Notes under the pieces: model-generated
The model's database searches: none
Told to the model about the DNA's origin: nothing
The model's input: the letters and a program-made list of their open reading frames with translations, nothing else
Made by a program: the position numbers and the translations under genes
Shown: positions 7,932 to 15,190 of the stretch, piece after piece
Position numbering within the stretch: position 1 is the first letter of the stretch
Layout of the letters: every line of letters starts with the position of its first letter
DNA from: a virus
Lineage: Duplodnaviria; Caudoviricetes
Reading direction: 5' to 3' (one strand)
Virus record (IMG/VR): IMGVR_UViG_3300038393_001497
Location: 1-28,550 of that record
Length of the DNA stretch: 28,550 bases

Positions 7932-8275
7932 CACTGCCCAACCCCTCCGTACATGTCGGAAGGGGATATATGCCTCCGTGTGACTCGGACGGCCGGGCGC
8001 AACGGCTCCAGTCCGTGAACGCGGCGCATTTGGTTTTCGGAGACGCCGCTTACCCACATCCATTTGGGCTTCCAGAACTGCCACCACGGGCGCGCCGGAA
8101 TCCGATAGCGGGGCGTGTGGTCGGGGTTCATCCTGCCAAGCCACGCCTCGGCCAGCGCCTCTTCGCGCCAATCGCCCATTGCGGTCCTCCCTAGCCCCGA
8201 TACCCACCCGTAAGGGCGGAGACAAACGCAGATTTGGCTCCGTTCATGGGTAGCGGGATAAGCTCCAAAATCCAT
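7928..8275 (-). CDS. Hypothetical phage protein with its 3' end interrupted by the IS
   Basis: MDFGAYPATHERS...PWWQFWKPK...VRVTR. The original end was RI-stop at 5303-5308; it now reads into TIR-R. Confidence 0.5.
   Translation of the reverse strand: MDFGAYPATHERSQICVCLRPYGWVSGLGRTAMGDWREEALAEAWLGRMNPDHTPRYRIPARPWWQFWKPKWMWVSGVSENQMRRVHGLEPLRPAVRVTRRHISPSDMYGGVGQC
7950..7974 (-). repeat. Right terminal inverted repeat of IS1595 element
   Basis: Revcomp matches 5316-5340, followed by TSD. Confidence 0.9.
8193..8266 (+). repeat. Structured repeat copy F (reduced)
   Basis: AGC C CCG ATA CCCA [CCCgtaaGGG][CGGAG ac aaacgcagattt gg CTCCG] TTCA TGGG TAG CGG..GCT CC. Shares 22 nt exactly with copy C. 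Confidence 0.65.
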
Positions 8276-8276
8276 A

Positions 8277-8729
8277 TCAATCGTTCTTATCCAGGGCTGC
8301 GCGAAGGGCGATGATGGTGTCGTCAACTTCATGCGCGATCATATGCGGTTGGTGACCGGGCGGCGTTTCGTTTCGGTATCGGCCCAAGAGTGCGAGCGCC
8401 TTCCGCACCAGCTCATCAACATCGCCAAGGTCGGGTGTGGGGCGAGCTGCTTGCATGGCTTGGTATATCGCGGTGTAAACTTCGCGGCAGTCGCCTCGAC
8501 CGCGCTGAAATGGTGACTGCGACATTCCCATTGCCCGGCGATGAGCGTGCCATGCCGCTTCAAACATCGCCTCGGTCGGCAGCTCTCTCGCTTCTTCCTG
8601 ACTTGATACCTCGGGCGGCCAGTAGGTGTCGCCGGGAGCGTGGAAGCCGTCCGAGCAGTATTCGTTGAGCAGCGGGTCTTGAACTCCGCAAGTCGGGCAG
8701 CAGTCCTGACTTGATGGTGAGGGGGTCAT
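8277..8729 (-). CDS. Hypothetical phage protein (N-terminal Cys cluster)
   Basis: MTPSPSSQDCCPTCG...RYRNETPPGHQPHMIAHEVD; part of coupled leftward operon; start uncertain. Confidence 0.55.
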   Translation of the reverse strand: MTPSPSSQDCCPTCGVQDPLLNEYCSDGFHAPGDTYWPPEVSSQEEARELPTEAMFEAAWHAHRRAMGMSQSPFQRGRGDCREVYTAIYQAMQAARPTPDLGDVDELVRKALALLGRYRNETPPGHQPHMIAHEVDDTIIALRAALDKND

Positions 8730-8730
8730 G

Positions 8731-8874
8731 CTATCCGTGACTCCGGCCAAGAACGTCGCAGTATTCATAGAGGCCCGTTCGACCAGCCCTGCGAGCGCGG
8801 GCGACACTCTCTCGCCGGAAGCATGGCTCACACCATTCATTCTCACGATTTTTCCCGTGCTGACATTTACCCAT
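8731..8874 (-). CDS. Small Cys/His-rich hypothetical protein
   Basis: MGKCQHGKNRENEWCEPCFRRE; overlaps the upstream stop. Confidence 0.45.
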   Translation of the reverse strand: MGKCQHGKNRENEWCEPCFRRESVARARRAGRTGLYEYCDVLGRSHG

Positions 8875-9082
8875 TATCTCGATCCTTCTTTGTTTCGGAA
8901 ATGCGGGCCAACGCGGCACGGGCTTTCATTATCTGACCGTATGCCGAGAGGATGTGCCTCAAACCGGTTTTCACGCCCATTTCGTCCAAGCGTCCGGCGA
9001 CTATTCCAAGCTGGTAAGTTGCATCGCCGAGCATTCGTGAACAGGCGAGCAAGTCGGCTTCGCGCTCATCATCGTTGGTCAT
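8867..9082 (-). CDS. Hypothetical protein
   Basis: 71-aa ORF with ATGA coupling. Confidence 0.55.
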   Translation of the reverse strand: MTNDDEREADLLACSRMLGDATYQLGIVAGRLDEMGVKTGLRHILSAYGQIMKARAALARISETKKDRDNG

Positions 9083-9615
9083 GGGTTAGAGCCTGGTGTG
9101 GATGGTCCTGGAGAAGGGCTGGGCGTCTCGGCTGCGCCGACCGCGTGCTCGTGAACGGCACCAATCTTCGTTGTTGCCGCCGTTCCGGCTTCGCCCGCTG
9201 ACGCGATGTTCGCCCTGTGAAGGGTCACACATTGCCGCAGCCCCGGCGCGCACCCGCCTCGCTCACGATGAGTTTTCTCGCCAACTGCGAAAGCGATTTC
9301 GGTGCCGCGCGAAATGAGGGCGCTTTCCGATTGTGCATCCTCTGCTCTCAATGACGCTAGCGCATTCTCGGCCTCAGCGCGGGTGCTATACGCGCGCACG
9401 TCTAGACCGTCTCTGACGAGAATGTGTCGTCGGTAGGGCCCGTGTAAGTCGATCCTATAGATATGCTTGGCGCTCATTTGCCGCCTCCCGCGATAGCCGA
9501 TTGAAGCGGGAACCGCCGAGACGTGAAACAGGCTCGGCCCGAAGGGCGAAAGCGGCGGTGCCGTAAGGCAATCGCCCGGAACCTTGCCGCGCCCATATCC
9601 TTCCTCATTGGTCAC
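9079..9615 (-). CDS. Hypothetical protein containing two inverted copies of the structured repeat (alternative start 9477)
   Basis: Open frame from GTG 9615 (overlapping the previous stop) or ATG 9477 (GGGAGG RBS). Confidence 0.5.
   Translation of the reverse strand: MTNEEGYGRGKVPGDCLTAPPLSPFGPSLFHVSAVPASIGYRGRRQMSAKHIYRIDLHGPYRRHILVRDGLDVRAYSTRAEAENALASLRAEDAQSESALISRGTEIAFAVGEKTHRERGGCAPGLRQCVTLHRANIASAGEAGTAATTKIGAVHEHAVGAAETPSPSPGPSTPGSNP
9121..9204 (-). repeat. Structured repeat copy E
   Basis: GCGTC A GCG G GCG AAG [CCGgaaCGG][CGGCA ac aacgaagatt gg TGCCG] TTCA CGA GCA CGC GGT [CGGCgcaGCCG] A GACGC CC. Confidence 0.8.
9490..9577 (+). repeat. Structured repeat copy A
   Basis: GCGAT A GCCG A TTG AAG [CGGgaaCCG][CCGAG ac gtgaaaca gg CTCGG][CCCgaaGGG] CGA AAG CGGC GGT [GCCgtaaGGC] A ATCGC CC. 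Confidence 0.85.
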
Positions 9616-9946
9616 TCCTCTGTTCAAGAGATGCGCGGGCTTCACGGAAATCACGAATTGTGACCTCCATTCCGACAGGGTGTTCCCAAGTGCTGGCATT
9701 GTCCGGCTCGCTATCGTCAATGCAATTCAGACATGCTTCTGCGAACGGAGCCAAAGCCATTCCGCGTTGAGCGACCTGGAACTCCAGCTCCCCGATCCTT
9801 CTCTCAACGATGGCATAGGCGGCTTGGGCCTCGGGAACGAAATCCTCGAAATCATCCGCAACGTAGTCAGACGGCTTCCCGCCATGCAGGCCGGCGCTCA
9901 TCGCGCGGCTAATCGCCTTCGCCATTTCCTCAACAATGTCCGTCAT
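9605..9946 (-). CDS. Hypothetical phage protein
   Basis: MTDIVEEMAKAI..ALAPFAE..TIRDFREARA; coupled ORF. Confidence 0.65.
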   Translation of the reverse strand: MTDIVEEMAKAISRAMSAGLHGGKPSDYVADDFEDFVPEAQAAYAIVERRIGELEFQVAQRGMALAPFAEACLNCIDDSEPDNASTWEHPVGMEVTIRDFREARASLEQRSDQ

Positions 9947-10188
9947 TTCGGTGTCTCCGGGGTGGCGGTGTCGGATCGGCGATGCTCGTTGTTGATCAGC
10001 ATCGCGAGCAGCCGAGCCGAGAACCGCAGCGACCGGGCCGCCTCGTCATTGCCGCGCAGGCCCGCGACGATCGCGTAGTCGATCAGGCGATTGTGGGCTG
10101 CGGCATACCGAACGCAGTCCGGCTCTTTCGCGTTGAAGCTGCTCGCGACAGCGCAGTGGGCGCGCAGCCATACCTCCTCACGCGTCAT
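9943..10188 (-). CDS. Hypothetical phage protein
   Basis: MTREEVWLRAHCAVA; ATGA coupled on both sides. Confidence 0.55.
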   Translation of the reverse strand: MTREEVWLRAHCAVASSFNAKEPDCVRYAAAHNRLIDYAIVAGLRGNDEAARSLRFSARLLAMLINNEHRRSDTATPETPK

Positions 10189-10346
10189 GCCAGCCTCAGC
10201 GCGATCTGGGTTCCAACACCACCGGCTATCAAGCCGAACACCACCGCCCATTCCGGACCGGGATGCAGCACGCTTGCCAGCACTCCTGCGCCTAGTCCGC
10301 CGATCAAACAACCGACGACAGCGAAGACGATATCGCGCTTTCTCAT
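10185..10346 (-). CDS. Small two-TM membrane protein, 53 aa (not in ORF track)
   Basis: MRKRDIVFAVVGCLIGGLGAGVLASVLHPGPEWAVVFGLIAGGVGTQIALRLA; ATGA overlaps on both ends. Confidence 0.6.
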   Translation of the reverse strand: MRKRDIVFAVVGCLIGGLGAGVLASVLHPGPEWAVVFGLIAGGVGTQIALRLA

Positions 10347-10528
10347 TGCATTTGCCTCCGGCGTTTCATCTCCTGAAACTCAGCCCACGCCGCATCAAAG
10401 TCAGCGTCTGTATAGCCCTTGCGCCAGAGTGGGCGCGTGGCCTCGCGGAACTCCTCTCGGTCGAGTTCATCGAGACGCGCCCCGTCGTGTGGATCGGAAT
10501 CTTCAGGTAATTCCGGGTAGGCCCGCAT
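10343..10528 (-). CDS. Hypothetical protein, first gene after attP
   Basis: GGAGG RBS then MRAYPELPEDSDPHDGARLDELDREEF. Confidence 0.6.
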   Translation of the reverse strand: MRAYPELPEDSDPHDGARLDELDREEFREATRPLWRKGYTDADFDAAWAEFQEMKRRRQMQ

Positions 10529-10545
10529 TAGTCGCCTCCAAATAG

Positions 10546-10574
10546 ACAGGGGCCGAGGTTCACCTTGAACCTTC
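10546..10574 (+). repeat. Putative integrase arm-type site (left)
   Basis: ACAGGGGCCGAG-GTTCACCTTGAACCTTC, direct repeat of 10755-10784. Confidence 0.65.
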
Positions 10575-10666
10575 CAGCCCGAACTGTGCTGCAATGTGCA
10601 CCTTCCGGTGCTATTCTGTTCCCAAGGGAAATATCCCGACGCCACTACGCAGCGGCGAGGGGAAAC

Positions 10667-10714
10667 GCCTTCGGGAGGCAGGGGCCGGAGGTTCGAATCC
10701 TCTCTCCCCGACCA
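10667..10714 (+). other. attP: attP core: 3' half of tRNA-Pro(CGG)
   Basis: GCC TTCGGGA GGCAG GGGCC GGAGG TTCGAAT CCTCT CTCCCCG ACCA gives anticodon loop, T-arm and acceptor 3' strand with CCA. No D-arm or 5' half; adjacent to the 3' end of int. Confidence 0.85.
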
Positions 10715-10754
10715 ATTCTGTAGCGGAAATCCGCCATTCTTGCAAGAAAAAAGC

Positions 10755-10784
10755 ACAGGGGCCGAAGATTCACATTGAACCTTC
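10755..10784 (+). repeat. Putative integrase arm-type site (right)
   Basis: ACAGGGGCCGAAGATTCACATTGAACCTTC. Confidence 0.65.
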
Positions 10785-11811
10785 ATGCGTCAATTTCCCC
10801 GAGCTGAACCGCATCGGAAACCGTGCGGAGGAAGTCCGGCGAGAAGCGCGCGTAGTGCTGTTCGGTGGTCGCACTATCTTCGTGGCCCATGTATTGGGCG
10901 AGCACGTGCATCGGCACTCCGGCCTCTGCCGCCCAGACGGCTCCGGTATGGCGAAGCATGTAGGGCGTGACCTTGATCCCCGACCGTTCTGACGCGGCCT
11001 GAAACGCCTTCTTGATTGAGCGGATCGGCTCTGCGCCGCGCTCGATGATATACTCGCTCTGACGGCCCTCATAGGCCAGCTGCAGCGCTTCCATCGTCTC
11101 AGCGTTCAAGGGGACGACCGGACGCCGCTTGCGCGTCTGTTTGCGTCCAGGCGGGTTTAGATTGACGGTCGAGTGCTCCCAATCAAGCTGCGCCCACTGA
11201 AGCTCTAGGATCGCGGACGGGCGGGCCATCGTCGCAATGCCGAGCCTGACATACAGGCGGGCATGTGGAGCCTTCACTTCCCTGAACCATTTGCGGAACT
11301 TCGCACGATTGAGGGAACGCACCTTACGCTCGGCGACATCCGGCCTCCACAACGGCTTGACCCGCTGTATCTTGTTATTATCAGCGGCCCACTTCAGCGC
11401 CACCGATACAAGCGAAAGTTCGTAGCGCACTGTGGCCGGTGCCCGCTTGCGCTGAGCGGCGTAATCCTTCGCCATCTGCGCGTCGATCAGCGCGGGGTCG
11501 ATCTTCGCCCAGAAGGGCTTGAGCGCTTTCCACGCGTCCTCTTGCCTCGCGCTGGAGAGAATGCCAGCCTCCTTTCGGGCGGTGATGTATTCAGTCACAA
11601 CGCGCCCTACCGTCCACGGCTCGCCCGTGTCGCCCTTCTTCCATCGCTGGCGGGCCTCGGCCTCGGCCCCAGCCCTATCGGCGGCATATAGGCGCTCGCG
11701 ATGTCGCTTCGGCTTGCCAGCCCTGTCCCTGACGGGGTTTCCGTGTTCGTCGAGGACTGCATAGACGCAGGCCCAGGCCCCTCGGAAACGCTGGACGGTA
11801 TATTCTGGCAC
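10783..11811 (-). CDS. int: Phage integrase, tyrosine recombinase
   Basis: TMARPSAIL (R), YMLRHT, YMGH..TTEQHY (catalytic Tyr); next to attP. Confidence 0.93.
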   Translation of the reverse strand: MPEYTVQRFRGAWACVYAVLDEHGNPVRDRAGKPKRHRERLYAADRAGAEAEARQRWKKGDTGEPWTVGRVVTEYITARKEAGILSSARQEDAWKALKPFWAKIDPALIDAQMAKDYAAQRKRAPATVRYELSLVSVALKWAADNNKIQRVKPLWRPDVAERKVRSLNRAKFRKWFREVKAPHARLYVRLGIATMARPSAILELQWAQLDWEHSTVNLNPPGRKQTRKRRPVVPLNAETMEALQLAYEGRQSEYIIERGAEPIRSIKKAFQAASERSGIKVTPYMLRHTGAVWAAEAGVPMHVLAQYMGHEDSATTEQHYARFSPDFLRTVSDAVQLGEIDA

Positions 11812-11957
11812 TCGAACCTCCGAACCTCCTCTGCGGGGATGCGTATTAGCGTGCCGAGCCGAAAGCAGCCAAGCTCACCGTTGGCGATGGCCTTGCGGAT
11901 CACGCCCTCGGAGCAGCCCCATTCGGCGGCAAGCGACGAGACAGTGTAAGCCCTCAT
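11607..11957 (-). CDS. xis: Excisionase (HTH_17/MerR-like wHTH)
   Basis: YTVSSLAAEWGCSEGVIRKAIANGELGCFRLGTLIRIPAEEVRRF, immediately upstream of int. Confidence 0.8.
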   Translation of the reverse strand: MRAYTVSSLAAEWGCSEGVIRKAIANGELGCFRLGTLIRIPAEEVRRFECQNIPSSVSEGPGPASMQSSTNTETPSGTGLASRSDIASAYMPPIGLGPRPRPASDGRRATRASRGR

Positions 11958-12145
11958 CTGCGGCCCGCGATAGCCGATCGAAGCCCAACGGGCCGAGACA
12001 GTGAAACATGGCTCGGTTCACGAGAGCGGCGGTGCCAACGGCAATCGCCCAATATGTATTCCCTATGCCCCTTCTTTCTTACCAATACCCAGGGTGATCT
12101 TAGGCTTAGCTTTGAGTCCAAATACTGACGATGGTAAGTTTTCAT
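11954..12145 (-). CDS. Small hypothetical ORF made of an AT-rich segment plus repeat copy B
   Basis: ATGA coupled on both sides. Confidence 0.4.
   Translation of the reverse strand: MKTYHRQYLDSKLSLRSPWVLVRKKGHREYILGDCRWHRRSREPSHVSLSRPVGLRSAIAGRR
11967..12050 (+). repeat. Structured repeat copy B
   Basis: GCGAT A GCCG A TCG AAG [CCCaacGGG][CCGAG ac agtgaaacat gg CTCGG] TTCA CGA GAG CGGC GGT [GCCaacGGC] A ATCGC CC. Confidence 0.85.
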
Positions 12146-12708
12146 GGCGCATTCCCTTCGGGAACCGGGCCGTCGTGAACCGAGCCGCCAATCTTTGTTG
12201 CCGTCTCGGCCCGTTGGGCTTCCGTCCCTTGCGCGGCGCGAGCGCGTAGAGCGGCGGCGCAGAGGGCGAGGGCGGGGGTTGCGGCACTTGCGCCTTTGCT
12301 CTCGTCCGTCTCAGCAGTAGGATCGCCTACGAGCGCATATGGCCGATTGGCGGATGGGCCTACGCTCGAAACGACGAAGCCCCTCCCCTCCGGCACCAGC
12401 GCCATTGCTGCGTCGAGGGAGGCGGTGTAGCGCGCCCCATCGGCCATCCAGTCGATACGAAAGTTGCTCTCACGTTCGCCGTGCAATTCAGCGCCAGCCA
12501 TAACCAGCGACCGCTCGTGCGGGGTCGCTACCGCAGCGAGCCAAATCTCGCGGTCGAGCTTGGCGTCGGCGGCCTTTGCGCGCTCACAGCGGCGGGCGAG
12601 TTTCTTGACGCGCGAAGGATCGAAGCCCGCAGGGTGGAGATGCATAGCAGCTCCATCGCTTGCGACCAGAGCCTGACCCGAAGGGGCGCGCCCAGTATCT
12701 ATATCCAT
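12142..12708 (-). CDS. Hypothetical phage protein
   Basis: YTASLDAAMALVPEG..ATPALALCAAALRARA pattern typical of alphaproteobacterial phage proteins; C-terminus encoded by repeat D. Confidence 0.7.
   Translation of the reverse strand: MDIDTGRAPSGQALVASDGAAMHLHPAGFDPSRVKKLARRCERAKAADAKLDREIWLAAVATPHERSLVMAGAELHGERESNFRIDWMADGARYTASLDAAMALVPEGRGFVVSSVGPSANRPYALVGDPTAETDESKGASAATPALALCAAALRARAAQGTEAQRAETATKIGGSVHDGPVPEGNAP
12145..12234 (-). repeat. Structured repeat copy D
   Basis: GCGCA A GGG A CGG AAG [CCCaacGGG][CCGAG ac ggcaacaaagattggc gg CTCGG] TTCA CGA CGG CCC GGT [TCCCgaaGGGA] A TGCGC CA. Confidence 0.8.
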
Positions 12709-12733
12709 CCCACTAATCTCCTCACTGGGTCAG

Positions 12734-13138
12734 TCATGCTGCCTCATCCTTCGATTCATCGCTCCAGCGCACTCCGTGTTCATCACCGAACGCCTGGAGC
12801 CAGTCGATCAGCGTGCTCATCTGTGACTTGGTGAGGTGTGAGGAGCGAAACCCTTTCGGGAACGGGCGACCGTCCAGCCCCTCAAGGAATTGGCACTCCC
12901 AACCACAAGCGTTCATCGCTATGGCCTTCCAGTCGTCCGGCGTGTGCCGACGCACCTGCCCATTGTGGACGGGGCAGGCGACGGAAATATCTGTAAGCAT
13001 CGCCCACATCTTGTCCGACTGACTGACCGTCCGCGCCGGCTCGCGCACTTCGCCGACGTAGCCCGATGGGGCCTTGTCCACGATCCGCTTGAAGCGCTCG
13101 CGGCTGAAGGGATTGGTAAGGATGACGCGGTGTGTCAT
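12734..13138 (-). CDS. ninB: NinB/Orf family recombination protein
   Basis: RTVSQSDKMWAMLTDIS, DWK, GFRSSHLTKSQMSTLIDWLQAFGDEHGVRWS. Confidence 0.88.
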   Translation of the reverse strand: MTHRVILTNPFSRERFKRIVDKAPSGYVGEVREPARTVSQSDKMWAMLTDISVACPVHNGQVRRHTPDDWKAIAMNACGWECQFLEGLDGRPFPKGFRSSHLTKSQMSTLIDWLQAFGDEHGVRWSDESKDEAA

Positions 13139-13473
13139 TGCCGCTCCATCAGCTTTTGCCGGTGCGGCGACAGCTTGAAGAACATCTCCGCCAGCGCCTT
13201 CATGTCGATATGCGTCTCGGCCTCGAACGCCGCTTCGCCGATCTGATGCTGGCGAGCATGGCAGTCTTTACAAAGGCTGATGCACCATTGGTCGCTTGGC
13301 TTAATGCCAACGCCGCCGTCAGTTCCTGTCCGCACATGGGCGCACTCGATCGCCGTCTGCGTCCCGCAAGCTGAGCAAGCATGTCCGCGAACCCATGCGC
13401 GGTGACCGGGGCTGCGGCGCGGCTTTTCGGCCTTGTCCGACTTGCGGCTGATGCGGGATGGGAGGAAGGTCAT
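13135..13473 (-). CDS. DUF968-like putative HNHc nuclease
   Basis: HRAWVRGHACSACG..ECAHVR..GIKPSDQWCISLCKDCHARQHQIGE. Confidence 0.8.
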   Translation of the reverse strand: MTFLPSRISRKSDKAEKPRRSPGHRAWVRGHACSACGTQTAIECAHVRTGTDGGVGIKPSDQWCISLCKDCHARQHQIGEAAFEAETHIDMKALAEMFFKLSPHRQKLMERQ

Positions 13474-13482
13474 CGCTCGATC

Positions 13483-13758
13483 CTAAAAAGGAACGTCCGA
13501 ATCGTCGTCGAACTCGCTGGCGGGTTGCGGCGCATATCCGGGCGGCGTGTTATGGCTGCGCTGCTGCTGAGCCTCCTTCGGCTTGATCTTCAGCGACATA
13601 TACTTGCTGCCGTCCTTGGCCGTATTGATCCACGCGTCGAGCCAGCATTCGCCAAGCCCATCGACCAGTGCCGACCCCTTGTAATCGGGGTGCGTGTCGG
13701 CCTCCTTGCGCTCGTTCTTGAACAAGCTGCCGGTATTGGGTTTCATCTCGTAAGCCAT
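13483..13758 (-). CDS. Small SSB-like protein with acidic tail
   Basis: GSLFKNERKE..HPDYKG..WLDAW..KYMSL; ends DDDSDVPF. Confidence 0.7.
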   Translation of the reverse strand: MAYEMKPNTGSLFKNERKEADTHPDYKGSALVDGLGECWLDAWINTAKDGSKYMSLKIKPKEAQQQRSHNTPPGYAPQPASEFDDDSDVPF

Positions 13759-13759
13759 T

Positions 13760-14545
13760 TTATGCGTTCTCCGCTTCGAGGCCGGCGAGGCCGTGCCTGA
13801 TGTTGTCCACTTCGATCTGCAGCGGCGTGAAGTCCGCCGGAACGGACGGCCCGCCGAACCACCAGTCGGGAAGGTCGCGTTTGAGCTGCGCGACGAACTC
13901 CTTGACCTCGGCGGTGCGCTTCCATTCCTCGAAGTCCGCCAGCGACCCCATGCTGTGCAGGGTTCTCACGAACTCCTTCGCTGCCTTCTGAAGCTGCGTC
14001 CGGCAAGTGTAGGGGCCATCCAGGACGACGCGCTTCTGGGGTGGCGTCTCACCCGTCGTAGGGCGGTAATCGGCCCGGTTGTCCTGAACCTCGTCGGGGT
14101 CGTCGCCAGTTTCGAGGCCGAGCACCTTCAGCAGCGCGTATTTGACACCGTAGGAGATGGCCTTTCCCGGTCCCTTGTCCTGTGGATCCACGCCGTAGCC
14201 CATCGTCTCCACGTCGATGTAGTCGGCGCGGTTGTCGATGTTCTCGAAGCGGACGGAGAATACCGCCTCGGTGCGGTTGCCGTTCTGCTGGACCGTCAGG
14301 CCGCGCGGGTAGTAGATCACGCCGTGCTTGTGCAGCAGCGGGCGAACCTTCGCCGTCACCGCGTCATGCGAGACGATAGAGTAGTTCATGCCCTGCTTGC
14401 GCTCTTTCTGGACGTAATCGACTTCGCCCATGACGGCGGCGATGCGCTGCGCGATGTTGCGCTGACGGTCCATCTCGCTCAACACATCGGCGACGGTTTC
14501 CCCAACGACCTTGAGCGGCTTATCCTGGGTTGATCGGGTTGCCAT
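13760..14545 (-). CDS. erf: ERF-family single-strand annealing protein
   Basis: QDKGPGKAISYGVKYALLKVLGLETGDDPD ERF signature. Confidence 0.85.
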   Translation of the reverse strand: MATRSTQDKPLKVVGETVADVLSEMDRQRNIAQRIAAVMGEVDYVQKERKQGMNYSIVSHDAVTAKVRPLLHKHGVIYYPRGLTVQQNGNRTEAVFSVRFENIDNRADYIDVETMGYGVDPQDKGPGKAISYGVKYALLKVLGLETGDDPDEVQDNRADYRPTTGETPPQKRVVLDGPYTCRTQLQKAAKEFVRTLHSMGSLADFEEWKRTAEVKEFVAQLKRDLPDWWFGGPSVPADFTPLQIEVDNIRHGLAGLEAENA

Positions 14546-14733
14546 TATGCGGCCTCCTGCGTCTGGATCATTGCGCGAACGGCAGCGCGAATTGCGTGGA
14601 GCGTTGCTCGCTGGATTGGGTGGTTCGGATCGACCGTGCTGCGCGGCCATTGCCAGTAGTCGTTGTAGGCATCCTCAAATGCCTGCAGCGCATCGACCTC
14701 GGCGGTCTTGAGCTTCGGGAGTCGGGCTGCCAT
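14545..14733 (-). CDS. Hypothetical protein
   Basis: MAARLPKLKTAEVDALQAF; TAATG coupling. Confidence 0.55.
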   Translation of the reverse strand: MAARLPKLKTAEVDALQAFEDAYNDYWQWPRSTVDPNHPIQRATLHAIRAAVRAMIQTQEAA

Positions 14734-14921
14734 TACTGACCGCCCTCGTCGGAGGGGCAAGCGCGTTTGAGGCGCGCACCCCCGTCGCCGAAACCGGCCA
14801 TGTAGTCTCGCGCCCCACACAAGACGCAAACCTCATCGTAAAGACTGCTGTCAGAGAACCGGGTCACATGCCCGTTTTCGTCGGCGGCGCCATATTTCTC
14901 GATTGCCTCGCCTCTCGTCAC
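14733..14921 (-). CDS. Small Cys-containing hypothetical protein
   Basis: H..RFSDSSLYDEVCVLCGARD. Confidence 0.6.
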   Translation of the reverse strand: MTRGEAIEKYGAADENGHVTRFSDSSLYDEVCVLCGARDYMAGFGDGGARLKRACPSDEGGQ

Positions 14922-15190
14922 GAATTGCTGGCGGGCTGCTTATTGGGCGAACCCGCCTCCCTGGTTGTTGCGATACGGATCGGCTCAATGCACAGAGAGA
15001 ATGCGAGCGAACCGCCTTTTTCTGTGACGGTTATCTCAACCCCGTCGCACTCGGCCTTCAGAAGTGGCTCATGCTTGTTCAGAAGGTCGGTCACTATCCC
15101 CGCCAAGCTCTCGGCCATTCGCCCGACATGTGATTGTCGCGCCTGAATGGGTGCCAGAATGTCGGTCATGAAATCAGGCAAAGCGCTCAT
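14918..15190 (-). CDS. Hypothetical protein
   Basis: GGAGG RBS, MSALPDFMT; coupled. Confidence 0.55.
   Translation of the reverse strand: MSALPDFMTDILAPIQARQSHVGRMAESLAGIVTDLLNKHEPLLKAECDGVEITVTEKGGSLAFSLCIEPIRIATTREAGSPNKQPASNS

Larger units (their letters stand above)
5316..7974 (+). mobile_element. IS1595-family transporter IS with passenger genes (2659 bp)
   Basis: TIR-L GGCATATATCCCCTTGAAACATGTA (5316-5340) and TIR-R revcomp GGCATATATCCCCTTCCGACATGTA (7950-7974) are 22/25 identical. Exact 8-bp TSD TCCGTGTG at 5308-5315 and 7975-7982. Confidence 0.93.

Noticed and set aside
7026-8225. 399-aa minus-strand ORF
   Set aside because: Antisense shadow of 6951-7931 that crosses the IS boundary; no recognisable motifs.
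10621-10714. Complete tRNA-Pro gene
   Set aside because: Only the anticodon loop to CCA is present; upstream sequence forms no D-arm or acceptor 5' strand, so it is an att core.
10343-10786. 147-aa ORF spanning attP
   Set aside because: Its N-terminal part is the translated antisense of the tRNA fragment (WSGREDSNLRP); the real start with RBS is 10528.
10940-10965. Integrase YxLRH in place of HxxR as a sign of inactivation
   Set aside because: Substitution of this His is tolerated in many tyrosine recombinases, and the other catalytic residues are intact.
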